Source: a virus (taxonomy: Duplodnaviria; Heunggongvirae; Uroviricota; Caudoviricetes). From it: a DNA stretch of 64,000 nt. Below, in pieces: positions 27,910 to 36,735 of the stretch; the first letter of the stretch is position 1, and every line of letters starts with the position of its first letter. The notes under the pieces are model-generated. The model was not told where the DNA came from and searched no databases. It was given only the letters and a program-made list of their open reading frames with translations. The stretch lies in IMG/VR virus record IMGVR_UViG_3300043219_000435; one strand, given 5' to 3'. The position numbers and the translations under genes were made by a program.

Positions 27910-28134
27910 ATGTACTCCTTATTAATTCCGTTATTGTCATGTATAGAATATAATAACAATTAATATTACTTGTCAATACAATTAATAAAAAATATTAATT
28001 ATTATTAAATTTTATTAATAATAACTGTAATGAATATGTGTTTTTAAACTCAACAATAAGAACTTGTTGACAGACTAAATGGATATTGTTACTTTAGTTG
28101 TACAATCATTTTTGTTCATTATGATTGCCTTTTG

Positions 28135-28172
28135 AAAAAACAGATCTTTTGGCTAAGGATCTGTTTTTTTTT
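28135..28172. terminator. bidirectional rho-independent terminator
   Basis: A-run, then CAGATCTTT..AAGGATCTG hairpin, then T9. Confidence 0.6.
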
Positions 28173-28467
28173 ATGATTTGAAGCAATGTTTTATTTTATC
28201 TGCATATTTTAAGTAGAAGCCGGAGATCTCCGTCAACATATTTTTCTTAGTATCGAGTTTCGGATTTTCGAGGATACAATCAGCTTTTGATAAATGTAAA
28301 TTCATCTCACTAATCATATCTCTTTTCATCAACCGTTCTAAATGAACAACTTCAATTATTGCTAATAATGAATTTGGATCTTCAGCTAAAGCAACGATAA
28401 TTTGATAATGTTTTTCTTTATCAGAATCAGAAGAGTTAACTATTTCTGTAATCTTTTCCAGGTTCAT
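28171..28467 (-). CDS. hypothetical protein
   Basis: ORF. Confidence 0.4.
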   Translation of the reverse strand: MNLEKITEIVNSSDSDKEKHYQIIVALAEDPNSLLAIIEVVHLERLMKRDMISEMNLHLSKADCILENPKLDTKKNMLTEISGFYLKYADKIKHCFKS

Positions 28468-28924
28468 CTTTTATTCCTAATAGTTCATGAATTTCTTTTG
28501 GTGTGGGTGCCGGTGGCATATATTTCCAAAGTATTACAGGATCTATTCTATCTATCCTACATCTACCTTCGGGACCTTCAGCAGATGTCATATCAAAACC
28601 TGTTTTACGCATATAGCTATCTTCGTGTACATCCGGTTTATTTCCCATATGAGATACCCAGCAAGGATCATACTCAATAGCCAAAACACTCTTACCATAC
28701 ATTGGCTTAGGTACTTCAGGGAGGCCCTTACGCACGTCTATCCATGGATCTATATCATTAACTGTCAAGTTCAATGCTTTTATCAAATCTTTCTTACGTA
28801 CTTTAGTTGAAATAGTAGCTTTTTGTCCAACCGGATTAAGTCCACAGATTCTGTGACCATTAATATAAATGGTAGGATCTTTAGTAACATAAAATACATC
28901 TAATTCAATTAGTTCATTTTTCAT
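28436..28924 (-). CDS. hypothetical protein
   Basis: ORF of 162 aa. Confidence 0.4.
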   Translation of the reverse strand: MKNELIELDVFYVTKDPTIYINGHRICGLNPVGQKATISTKVRKKDLIKALNLTVNDIDPWIDVRKGLPEVPKPMYGKSVLAIEYDPCWVSHMGNKPDVHEDSYMRKTGFDMTSAEGPEGRCRIDRIDPVILWKYMPPAPTPKEIHELLGIKDEPGKDYRNS

Positions 28925-29106
28925 GAAATACCTTCTAAAAAATATCTTAATTTAAGTTCATGAGTATCTACTTGAATACCAATAATAGCATTTCTTAATT
29001 TATTATGATCTATTGGCTTTTCCTCTGATTCCAAGTTAATAGATTGTTGTACAATTGATAGTAATTTTTCCTCTATGATAGTAATTCTTTTTAAACCATC
29101 ACCCAT
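28921..29106 (-). CDS. hypothetical protein
   Basis: ORF. Confidence 0.35.
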   Translation of the reverse strand: MGDGLKRITIIEEKLLSIVQQSINLESEEKPIDHNKLRNAIIGIQVDTHELKLRYFLEGIS

Positions 29107-29263
29107 TCTTATACCATACTACAAATTTATCTATTATTGATGATATGACAGCACCGCCCATAAAGAACATAACACTGGTTTTCGGCAAATCAAAAAGCAT
29201 TGCTGCGAGGTTTATATTTATGAATATTAATGTCCATATCAATACTACCATCGTTATCTCACT

Positions 29264-29521
29264 TTAGTCTAATTTAAACAGTTTATGATCATTGTCTATC
29301 ATTGATACCAAATTCCCCAGGGAGAATATTAAATCATATGATTGATCTACAATATCAAAACCGATATCTGATCTGTTGGAAAAACTACATTCAGGATTAT
29401 GCTTGCTGCTTGTAGATGCACAACGATATTCCTTATATTGTTCTCTTATTTCTATAATAATGTAACACGGTTCACCAATATAAGGATTTTTACAACGTAT
29501 TACATCACCAAGTCTAAGCAT
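29264..29521 (-). CDS. hypothetical protein
   Basis: ORF. Confidence 0.35.
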   Translation of the reverse strand: MLRLGDVIRCKNPYIGEPCYIIIEIREQYKEYRCASTSSKHNPECSFSNRSDIGFDIVDQSYDLIFSLGNLVSMIDNDHKLFKLD

Positions 29522-29786
29522 GTTTATTATGCTTCGTTTTTAATAAATCTGTAAAATTGAAAAAATCTTCATGAGCCTTCCGTATTTTTGCTTTAAGCTC
29601 AACCATAAATACATCATTGAAAAAATGAAATCCATCATGAAATTCAACAACTAAAGTAACTTTACCTTGAGCAATTTTAACATAAACGATTCCTGCAGGA
29701 AATTGCATTTTATCATCTACCTTTAATGAAAAGAAAGATTTAAAGGGATTACCCTGTAACGATATTTGTATGCCATCTATAATCAT
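29514..29786 (-). CDS. hypothetical protein
   Basis: ORF. Confidence 0.35.
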   Translation of the reverse strand: MIIDGIQISLQGNPFKSFFSLKVDDKMQFPAGIVYVKIAQGKVTLVVEFHDGFHFFNDVFMVELKAKIRKAHEDFFNFTDLLKTKHNKHA

Positions 29787-30277
29787 TTATTAAGTTGTCC
29801 TCCAACTAATCTATCATATGCTTTCATATATTTGATTAATCGTCTAGAAAACGATTCTTGAGAATCTATTGACCAATCACCAAATACACGTCTTGACACA
29901 TCCAAATTGTGACGAAGATCTTCTATCTTAACTTCCCTGGCAATATCATTCTGTGCAACTATTTCAACATATTCTTCATAAGAATGTTTTTCTTTATCAT
30001 GAGTTAACGCACTGACTGCAGCTACAATTTCATAACTAAAGTCATATGACAAATCTTCTATAGTAATTTCATTCTTTTTACCCTTAGTATCTTCAACCAC
30101 ATCATGTAAGACAGCAACGATTAAAAATCTTTCATCAAAATTTTTTTCTTTTAATTTATGCATTACATGCATTGGATGAAATATATAAGGTCTTCCACTT
30201 TTATCCATTTGTCCTGCATGACCTGTAACGGATATGATTATTGCTCTATCTATATCATTCATAATTATCCTTTTCAA
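29783..30277 (-). CDS. small alarmone hydrolase (RelA/SpoT-type HD (p)ppGpp hydrolase)
   Basis: VTGHAGQMDKSGRPYIFHPMHV...VAVLHDVVEDT, the HD-domain signature of SpoT/Mesh1. Confidence 0.7.
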   Translation of the reverse strand: MKRIIMNDIDRAIIISVTGHAGQMDKSGRPYIFHPMHVMHKLKEKNFDERFLIVAVLHDVVEDTKGKKNEITIEDLSYDFSYEIVAAVSALTHDKEKHSYEEYVEIVAQNDIAREVKIEDLRHNLDVSRRVFGDWSIDSQESFSRRLIKYMKAYDRLVGGQLNK

Positions 30278-30350
30278 TCATCCCATAGATGATATAAGTT
30301 ATTAACATAACCATATTAATAACTTATTAAATGTAAGCAGATTTGTCAAT

Positions 30351-30380
30351 AAAAAAAGAAGAGAGCTGTGGAACTCTCTT
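30351..30380 (-). terminator. rho-independent terminator (minus strand)
   Basis: AAGAGAGCTGTGGAACTCTCTT hairpin; the A-run on plus gives a T-run on minus. Confidence 0.45.
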
Positions 30381-30440
30381 ATATAGCAGGAACACAAACT
30401 AAGTGGAAAAGCTTGTGCAGTATTAATATAAACTTTTATT

Positions 30441-30602
30441 TACGTTTCGTCAACTTTTTCTTTTGCATCTTCATATTCATCATGACATTTGAAACAACAA
30501 AAATTAAGTGTACCATTTGACAAACCATATTTAGTATAATTAAATTCTTTTTTACAAAAATCACATATTCTCAATCTTTCTTTTTGTTTTTCCCTGGGCA
30601 TT
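30441..30602 (-). CDS. small zinc-ribbon protein (53 aa, absent from the ORF track)
   Basis: MPREKQKERLRICDFCKKEF..CCFKCHDEY; its ATG overlaps the upstream stop (TAATG). Confidence 0.35.
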
Positions 30603-31041
30603 AATCAAACCCCCCACAATCACCACTGTCACAGCTAGATCCTGAGTCACATGATGAGCCTGAGTCATAGCTTGAAGAATCTGAATAACTATCACTCACA
30701 CAGCCACTCGCATCATCATAAGATGGTGATTCATCAGCATGTACATTAATGTTTGCTATAGTTTCATCTATCACATCACTTACATGATCCAACACAACTA
30801 AAGTATCATCTACCATATCTTCGACTTGTCTCAATGTGTTTTGCCTACGAATGTTTCTAACCAAATCATTTTCTTCATTACGATGATAATATGTATTTGT
30901 AGGACTAGCTGTTCTTCTCAGTTCTTCCATAGCCAGTTTCTTTTCCTCTTTCTCTTTTCTCTTGCGGTTATAAATTATAACAAAAGCAACTATTAAAGTA
31001 ACCAATACTACTGCTATTATAATTTCCATTTGCATTTCCAT
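30601..31041 (-). CDS. membrane protein with a Cys/Ser/Asp-rich tail
   Basis: N-terminal TM helix; C-terminal SSYDSGSSCDSGSSCDSGDCGG; RBS AGGAGTAAAA. Confidence 0.45.
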   Translation of the reverse strand: MEMQMEIIIAVVLVTLIVAFVIIYNRKRKEKEEKKLAMEELRRTASPTNTYYHRNEENDLVRNIRRQNTLRQVEDMVDDTLVVLDHVSDVIDETIANINVHADESPSYDDASGCVSDSYSDSSSYDSGSSCDSGSSCDSGDCGGFD

Positions 31042-31053
31042 TTTTACTCCTAT

Positions 31054-31082
31054 AAAAAAAGGGGGCTTATTATTAAGCCCCC
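31054..31082 (-). terminator. rho-independent terminator (minus strand)
   Basis: GGGGGCTTA..TAAGCCCCC hairpin; T7 on the minus strand. Confidence 0.6.
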
Positions 31083-31121
31083 TACTAAAGTAAATACAAG
31101 TTATTAACTTGTCAATATAAT

Positions 31122-32867
31122 TTATGCATCAGATTCTGGTACATCTTTTTTTGGAGTAATACATTCTGTTAAACCATTAAGAGAATCAGCATTCATACCA
31201 AGCTCGTTCAATAGATTATTGATCATTGGCGCTTGTGCTTTATACTTAAGAGCAGCTTCTGCCATGCTATCAGCCATATTAGTAGACTGTGGAGCACCTT
31301 CAACTGAAGTTCCTGTAGAAGAGCCTATACCGTTCAAACCTTCATATTGAACGATTTTAATTGATTCGATTGCTTCTATTGGTTTAACACTTTGCTCAAT
31401 GATTTTTGGAAGATTCTCAATAGTTTTCATTTTGATTTTCATTTCGATTATCTCAGGAGACAGAGAATTTTCGGCATCAACCATTTCTTTCTTACCGGCA
31501 GCATCAACAGAGTATTCTTTTTCTTTTGTTTCAGCTTTCATCATATCAGCGTTCTTATTAGCCTCAGCAATGATTTCAATTGAGTCCGCTTTGTCTTTAG
31601 AAGCTTTCTTTTCAGCATCAGCAGCAATAGTAATAGATACCGCATCTTTTTCAGCTTCTTCTTTTGCTTTAATGATTTCGATTTCTTTGTTACGATTAGC
31701 TACTTCAGTTTCTTTAACAGTAGTAACGTTCTCTTCCGCTTTAACAGCTAAAGCTCTTGCATCTTCAGCTTCTGCTTTAGCTTCAGACTCTTCTTTTGAC
31801 TTCTCACTGATAGCAATAGCTTTATCTTGAGAAGCGATCTCAAGGGTTTTGTTCTTATTAATCTCTGCAGATTGAATAGCTTGATTCTTTGTAATCTCTG
31901 CAGATTGAATAGCCTGTTCAGATTTAATGCTTTGCTCTTTGATAGCTTTTTGATTCTGAATAGTTTCTTCTTGAATTGCTTGGTTTGTAGAGAGTTGAGC
32001 TAAATCAATACTTTGTTGAGCTTTGATCTCTGCTTCTTCAGCTTCTTGTCTTTTCTCAGCTCGTTGTTTAGCAGTACTGGTAGATTCCTCTTGAGTTTTG
32101 ATAGAGATTTCTCTTTGCTGTTCAAGACGTGCATATTCATTATCTTTCTTGATAGACAGAGATTCTTTTTCAGCTTCAAGATTTTTCTTTTGAATTGCAA
32201 TTTTAGTTGACTGTTCAATGTCATTTCTTGATTTGTTACGAGATTCAATTTCTTGAGTAAGTTTCAATAAGCCTTCAGCATCAAATGCATTGTTCGGATT
32301 AAAGAATTCTTTATTAGTTTGATCCAATGAAGTAAGTGAAACAGATTCAAGTTCCATACCATTCTTCAATAAATCTTCTGTTACTGCTCGTTGAACTTTT
32401 TGAACAAAATCCGTTCTTTTTTCATGTAAATGTTCCATTGACATTTCAGCAGCTACAGAACGAAGTGCATCAACAAATTTACCCTCAACCAAATCTTTCA
32501 ATTCATTGATGACCAATGTTTTACTACCAAGAGTTTGTGCAGCATCTGCAATCGATTCATTTGTTGGTTTTACACGAACATAAAATTCTGCAGTAACGTC
32601 TACTCTCATTCTATCACTTGTAATTAATGAGTCCTTACATTTTCTATTAACGACTAATCTGATAGTGTTCATGTTTACCATAATGATGTCATGAAGAACA
32701 GGAAGTACTAACGCACCACCATTCATGATAACTTTTTGACCACCTAAACCAGTTCTTACAAAAGATCTTTCTTTAGTTGATCTGGTATATAATTTTGAAA
32801 ATACGATTCCCATTGTAAGTAATGCGACCACTGGTATTGCTATGAATAATATTAAACTGATATCCAT
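31122..32867 (-). CDS. flotillin-like SPFH/band-7 protein
   Basis: N-terminal TM, SPFH core (GGQKVIMNGGALVLP..), long EA-rich coiled coil; YqiK/FloT-like. Confidence 0.75.
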   Translation of the reverse strand: MDISLILFIAIPVVALLTMGIVFSKLYTRSTKERSFVRTGLGGQKVIMNGGALVLPVLHDIIMVNMNTIRLVVNRKCKDSLITSDRMRVDVTAEFYVRVKPTNESIADAAQTLGSKTLVINELKDLVEGKFVDALRSVAAEMSMEHLHEKRTDFVQKVQRAVTEDLLKNGMELESVSLTSLDQTNKEFFNPNNAFDAEGLLKLTQEIESRNKSRNDIEQSTKIAIQKKNLEAEKESLSIKKDNEYARLEQQREISIKTQEESTSTAKQRAEKRQEAEEAEIKAQQSIDLAQLSTNQAIQEETIQNQKAIKEQSIKSEQAIQSAEITKNQAIQSAEINKNKTLEIASQDKAIAISEKSKEESEAKAEAEDARALAVKAEENVTTVKETEVANRNKEIEIIKAKEEAEKDAVSITIAADAEKKASKDKADSIEIIAEANKNADMMKAETKEKEYSVDAAGKKEMVDAENSLSPEIIEMKIKMKTIENLPKIIEQSVKPIEAIESIKIVQYEGLNGIGSSTGTSVEGAPQSTNMADSMAEAALKYKAQAPMINNLLNELGMNADSLNGLTECITPKKDVPESDA

Positions 32868-32876
32868 GATATCTCC

Positions 32877-33542
32877 CTATTGTTTTTTTAATAATTGATT
32901 ATTGTTTTTTATTGCTTTGAATATATGATTGTTTTTTTCTGTTAAAATTACTTCAGTTCCTTGCTTAAACTCAACATTCTCTTCATCAGGCTCAACCATT
33001 ATATGATGAGTAGTGCCATGATGATCTTGAAATTTTGCCGAAGCCGGATAATTCAACTTTGCTGTACCTAAAGTTATAATAGCAACTTCACCGATAAACG
33101 AATCTTCTGATATTGATTGAGATTCATCATCAGGAATAATTTTATTTAACATGTTTGCACATGTTTTTATTATCGGTACAGAAATTACTATAGCCAGGAT
33201 ACTTGCAATGAATGAAGGAAAAAACTGAAGTAATATGGATTTTGATATTATCTGTATTAAATATCCAGACAAACCAAAAGTTGTTAATGCGAGTATTAAC
33301 AAAATTAGTATTGGTACTTTACCAATACAGAACCAAGTTAATATTCTTGAAAAGAAATCCGGTGTATCAAAATTATCTGGCACATCAGTATCAATATCAA
33401 AATCTGGTAATATTGAATCCAAAAGATTAGAAAATCCGACACCAATTAATAAACCAAAACCTTCCATAAATGATATAGTAATCATTATTCCAATTGCTAC
33501 AGTAAATGGAAGATTCTCGTTTGCTAAAATTAAATCAATCAT
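32877..33542 (-). CDS. NfeD-like membrane protein (flotillin partner)
   Basis: Multi-TM N-terminus plus a C-terminal soluble beta-domain; lies immediately upstream of the flotillin, as in yqiJ-yqiK. Confidence 0.5.
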   Translation of the reverse strand: MIDLILANENLPFTVAIGIMITISFMEGFGLLIGVGFSNLLDSILPDFDIDTDVPDNFDTPDFFSRILTWFCIGKVPILILLILALTTFGLSGYLIQIISKSILLQFFPSFIASILAIVISVPIIKTCANMLNKIIPDDESQSISEDSFIGEVAIITLGTAKLNYPASAKFQDHHGTTHHIMVEPDEENVEFKQGTEVILTEKNNHIFKAIKNNNQLLKKQ

Positions 33543-34201
33543 TACAGATTCTGTTTAAATTTTTGTAAACGAACTTCAATTTTATTTTTTCTTCTTATCT
33601 CTTTAAGTTCCTCGATTTCACGATCTGCTTTCATATCAGTACTTGATTTTGTAAGATCTTTGCCAACAATATTTGTAACAACTCTTTCAAATGCTGCTTC
33701 AGCTTTTGAAATATTATCTTCAATATTATGTTCTTTATCTGTTTGTGAATCAACTAATACTTTAGTTTCTTTTAACAGTGTTAACTCATCTTTCATTTCT
33801 CTAATTTTACTTTCAAGAGCAAGGATGAAATTTTCAAGTTCAATTTTCTTGTTATTGTTTTCTTTTAAAGACGATTCGATGATAGGTAATTGAGTTTCAA
33901 TATCAATTTGTTGAGAAATTACAGATTCTGCATGTTCATCTTTACCTTCATCAACAGCAATTTTGATAAGTTCATTATAGTCGTTGATTTTATTTTCAGC
34001 TTCTATTTTTCTCTTTGATCCTAGATAAAGAGCTGCTTCAATTTTACCAAGTTCAGATTTGATCTCACTCATTGCATCCTGAATTTCTTTTATGGATTGC
34101 TCCATCATAACTTCAGGCATAGAACTTTCTACAATGTTTATTAATTTGTGTGTGCTACCACTAATAATTCTGGTAACTTTTGATGATATACTTTCTTTCA
34201 T
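33542..34201 (-). CDS. pspA: PspA/IM30-family protein
   Basis: N-terminus ..MPEVMMEQSIKEIQDAMSEIKSELGKIEAA aligns with the PspA helix 1-2 region; all coiled coil. Confidence 0.55.
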   Translation of the reverse strand: MKESISSKVTRIISGSTHKLINIVESSMPEVMMEQSIKEIQDAMSEIKSELGKIEAALYLGSKRKIEAENKINDYNELIKIAVDEGKDEHAESVISQQIDIETQLPIIESSLKENNNKKIELENFILALESKIREMKDELTLLKETKVLVDSQTDKEHNIEDNISKAEAAFERVVTNIVGKDLTKSSTDMKADREIEELKEIRRKNKIEVRLQKFKQNL

Positions 34202-34279
34202 TTATTGATCCTTTAATTAAAAGTATTAACTAAAGTAATTCAAATGTATATTGTTGTCAATAAAAAAAATGGATCTAAA

Positions 34280-34312
34280 TAAAAAGAAATCAGCCTTTGC
34301 GGGACTGATTTC
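34280..34312 (-). terminator. rho-independent terminator (minus strand)
   Basis: AAATCAGCC..GGGACTGATTT hairpin with an A-run on the plus side. Confidence 0.45.
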
Positions 34313-34367
34313 TCTTAACATTAAGGAGAAGTCTACTGTAATTGACCTCAATAATAATATACATTAT

Positions 34368-34739
34368 TCATTTTCGATTGTCAACAGCCCATCCTTCAAT
34401 ATCGATCAATTTACGTCTTCTTTCATTAAAGATAGCAATTTGATTATATCCAATTATAAACATTTCTCCTTTCAAGAAAGCAATTTCATTGCTGATATCA
34501 CCAACTATTTTAAAGTTATGTTTATTTCCATCATCAATTAATTTGCCATCACACAGCATTTCTTCTTGTATCATTAATAAAGTATCACCAAAATTAGCTA
34601 TATGCATGTTACTTTCACATTCTAATTCTTTACGCACTACACAAGAAATAGTTTTATAATATGTTTCGATGAAGTCTGTACATTCTTTACTAAGTTTCGG
34701 TCTAACTAAAGTATTAAGATGTTTCACTTTAGTTGGCAT
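34368..34739 (-). CDS. L.TLV...GW.V family protein
   Basis: MPTKVKHLNTLVRP...EGWAVDNRK. Confidence 0.45.
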   Translation of the reverse strand: MPTKVKHLNTLVRPKLSKECTDFIETYYKTISCVVRKELECESNMHIANFGDTLLMIQEEMLCDGKLIDDGNKHNFKIVGDISNEIAFLKGEMFIIGYNQIAIFNERRRKLIDIEGWAVDNRK

Positions 34740-34979
34740 TCATTGTCCGGTTAATAACGATGATATCCATTTAAGGAATAATACAAATGAAGCAAGAATA
34801 AGAAAGACCGTTGCAAAAAATAATACAACAGGCCATATTAATATACATATCATAATAAACGGACCTTCATCTTCTACCTCTATAGCATTTATTCTTCCAA
34901 GAATTCCATAGCCAATTATTCCAATTACAACACCGGCAATCCATATTTTAAAAAGATGTGTATCAATAAATTCTATCAC
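34740..34979 (-). CDS. small membrane protein (GTG start)
   Basis: Two TM helices. Confidence 0.35.
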   Translation of the reverse strand: MIEFIDTHLFKIWIAGVVIGIIGYGILGRINAIEVEDEGPFIMICILIWPVVLFFATVFLILASFVLFLKWISSLLTGQ

Positions 34980-35137
34980 TTTTGTTTATCCATTTCTTCC
35001 AGGTAAAGTTCTTTAGTGAAATCATTCACTCTCTGGCTGAAATTTTTTATGACACCATCGGAACTTCTACCAATACCTTCATGTGCCATGCTATAACATT
35101 TATTCCATACTTCTTGATCTCTTTCATTTTCCATTTA
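34979..35137 (-). CDS. hypothetical small protein (52 aa, absent from the ORF track)
   Basis: MENERDQEVWNKCYSMAHEG...; RBS GGAGTATATAA. Confidence 0.3.
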
Positions 35138-35196
35138 TATACTCCGGTTAATAACTGATATTAACTAAAGTACATATAAAATATTTACATGTCCAT

Positions 35197-35224
35197 AAAA
35201 AAAGCCAGATCTCTCGATCCGGCT
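35197..35224 (-). terminator. rho-independent terminator (minus strand)
   Basis: GCCAGATCTCTCGATCCGGC hairpin followed by T7 on the minus strand. Confidence 0.5.
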
Positions 35225-35291
35225 CAACAATAAATGCACAAGATAATTACCCTGGCTGTATTATAATAAGTAATAATACTTTAGTTGTCAT

Positions 35292-35633
35292 CTAGTTTTT
35301 ATATAATTCACACCATTTGTCAAATTTATAATCTCCAACAAGTCGTTTTATTTGATTGAACATAGTAAATCGTATCATAGTATCTTTTTTGTTAACGAAA
35401 TTCATAACAATATATTTAAAACCATCTTCCATATCACATATTTTTTTAGAATCTCTTAACAGAGAATCAATCAAAAGTTGTACATCTTGTTTTGGTGTAC
35501 TGTATTTTTCTAATAATTTATGGCGAAGCTTCCAGTAATTACGTTCGGATTCCATAGCACTAAATTTGATCTCAGGAGATAACTCTAAATCTACAGGATC
35601 ATTAAAATCTGATTTTGATATTTTACTGTTCAT
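35292..35633 (-). CDS. hypothetical protein
   Basis: ORF. Confidence 0.4.
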   Translation of the reverse strand: MNSKISKSDFNDPVDLELSPEIKFSAMESERNYWKLRHKLLEKYSTPKQDVQLLIDSLLRDSKKICDMEDGFKYIVMNFVNKKDTMIRFTMFNQIKRLVGDYKFDKWCELYKN

Positions 35634-35811
35634 TATATGGCTCCGTTAAATATGCTCGTATATCAGTTTTAATATCTTCATATTCTTCTGACAACGATGA
35701 AAAAGGTATAGGACTTATACTTTCATGGTGCTTTTTAAGAATAGCCATTACACTTCTAACAGCTTTTTCGTCCTCTTCTTTTAATAACTCATTTATTACG
35801 GAATTTTCCAT
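35623..35811 (-). CDS. hypothetical protein
   Basis: ORF. Confidence 0.35.
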   Translation of the reverse strand: MENSVINELLKEEDEKAVRSVMAILKKHHESISPIPFSSLSEEYEDIKTDIRAYLTEPYNEQ

Positions 35812-35861
35812 GTTATCTCACTTTAGTTTTTCAACTAAAGTAAATCAATTAACTAAGTTTG

Positions 35862-36275
35862 TCATCTGATATTTCCACTTAAAGTGCTTACTGCACCTTT
35901 AATATTTTTAGCTTTAACATTACCACTTGTTGTTTTAATATCTCCATCGACATCACCACATTCAATATCACCGCTCGTTGTTGATATGTTACCATGGACA
36001 TCACCCATAACTTCAACATCACCACTCGTTGTAGATAACTTTCCAACATCACCACGAACTTCAATTGATTCACAATAATCAACAGTAAGAGTTAATATCG
36101 ATTTTTCAATAACAATATTAATATTTTTATCGTCGGAATCTACTTTCTTACCATCAATGATAACAGTTCCATTCTTCATAGATAATGAATTGCCATGATA
36201 ACTTTTACCATTTATACTAATGGTTCCTTTATTGTTAATTATTTTTTCTTTTAATTTTTTAAAAAACATATTCAC
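35862..36275 (-). CDS. beta-helix repeat protein, DUF4097/LiaG-like (bactofilin-like is an alternative)
   Basis: Four 14-residue repeats ..STTSGD(V/I)E..GDV.G.I.. Confidence 0.45.
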   Translation of the reverse strand: MNMFFKKLKEKIINNKGTISINGKSYHGNSLSMKNGTVIIDGKKVDSDDKNINIVIEKSILTLTVDYCESIEVRGDVGKLSTTSGDVEVMGDVHGNISTTSGDIECGDVDGDIKTTSGNVKAKNIKGAVSTLSGNIR

Positions 36276-36341
36276 TCCTTTTAATAACTAAAGTAAATAG
36301 AAATTATTGACACGTCTACACATTTTGTATATACTTTCTAT

Positions 36342-36698
36342 ATGAATCCTATTAATTATATAAAACAAAAACTGATGGTTAAGAAGCTCACTACTTTAGT
36401 TTTGCCGACAATTCACACAGAAGATATATTTTATGAGATATGTCAAGGATTGAGAGAGGTTAATAATCCTGGATCTCATTATACCAAACTTAATTTGAAA
36501 ATTGTGAATGAATCAGTTGGTGCAACTATAAGCAATGTGAAAATTTGTTATAATAATATACATTATATTGAAATAAGAAGATATGATATTATGCCAACTC
36601 ATTATTCTTATAATGATCTACAGGATTTGGAAACTTTTTGTGAGAGTATAAGCAGAAGTAATAGAGCTGACAAATATGAAGGATGGGAAGTTGATTAA
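36342..36698 (+). CDS. L.TLV...GWEV family protein
   Basis: ..KKLTTLVLP...YEGWEVD. Confidence 0.45.
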   Translation: MNPINYIKQKLMVKKLTTLVLPTIHTEDIFYEICQGLREVNNPGSHYTKLNLKIVNESVGATISNVKICYNNIHYIEIRRYDIMPTHYSYNDLQDLETFCESISRSNRADKYEGWEVD

Positions 36699-36735
36699 TA
36701 AAAAAATAAAATGGTACGAAAGCTTACAAGCAAGA

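Noticed and set aside
27111-27959. Alternative-frame ORFs within the coiled-coil gene 26950..27909
   Set aside because: These are low-complexity frames of the same region. The 319-aa frame with an RBS is preferred.
31850-31930. 33-bp tandem repeat in the flotillin coiled coil
   Set aside because: It is coding (AIQSAEI(T/N)KN repeats of the coiled-coil region), not a regulatory repeat.
31392-32248. Several ORFs overlapping the flotillin gene on both strands
   Set aside because: They are repeat-driven open frames inside an SPFH gene with clear homology.
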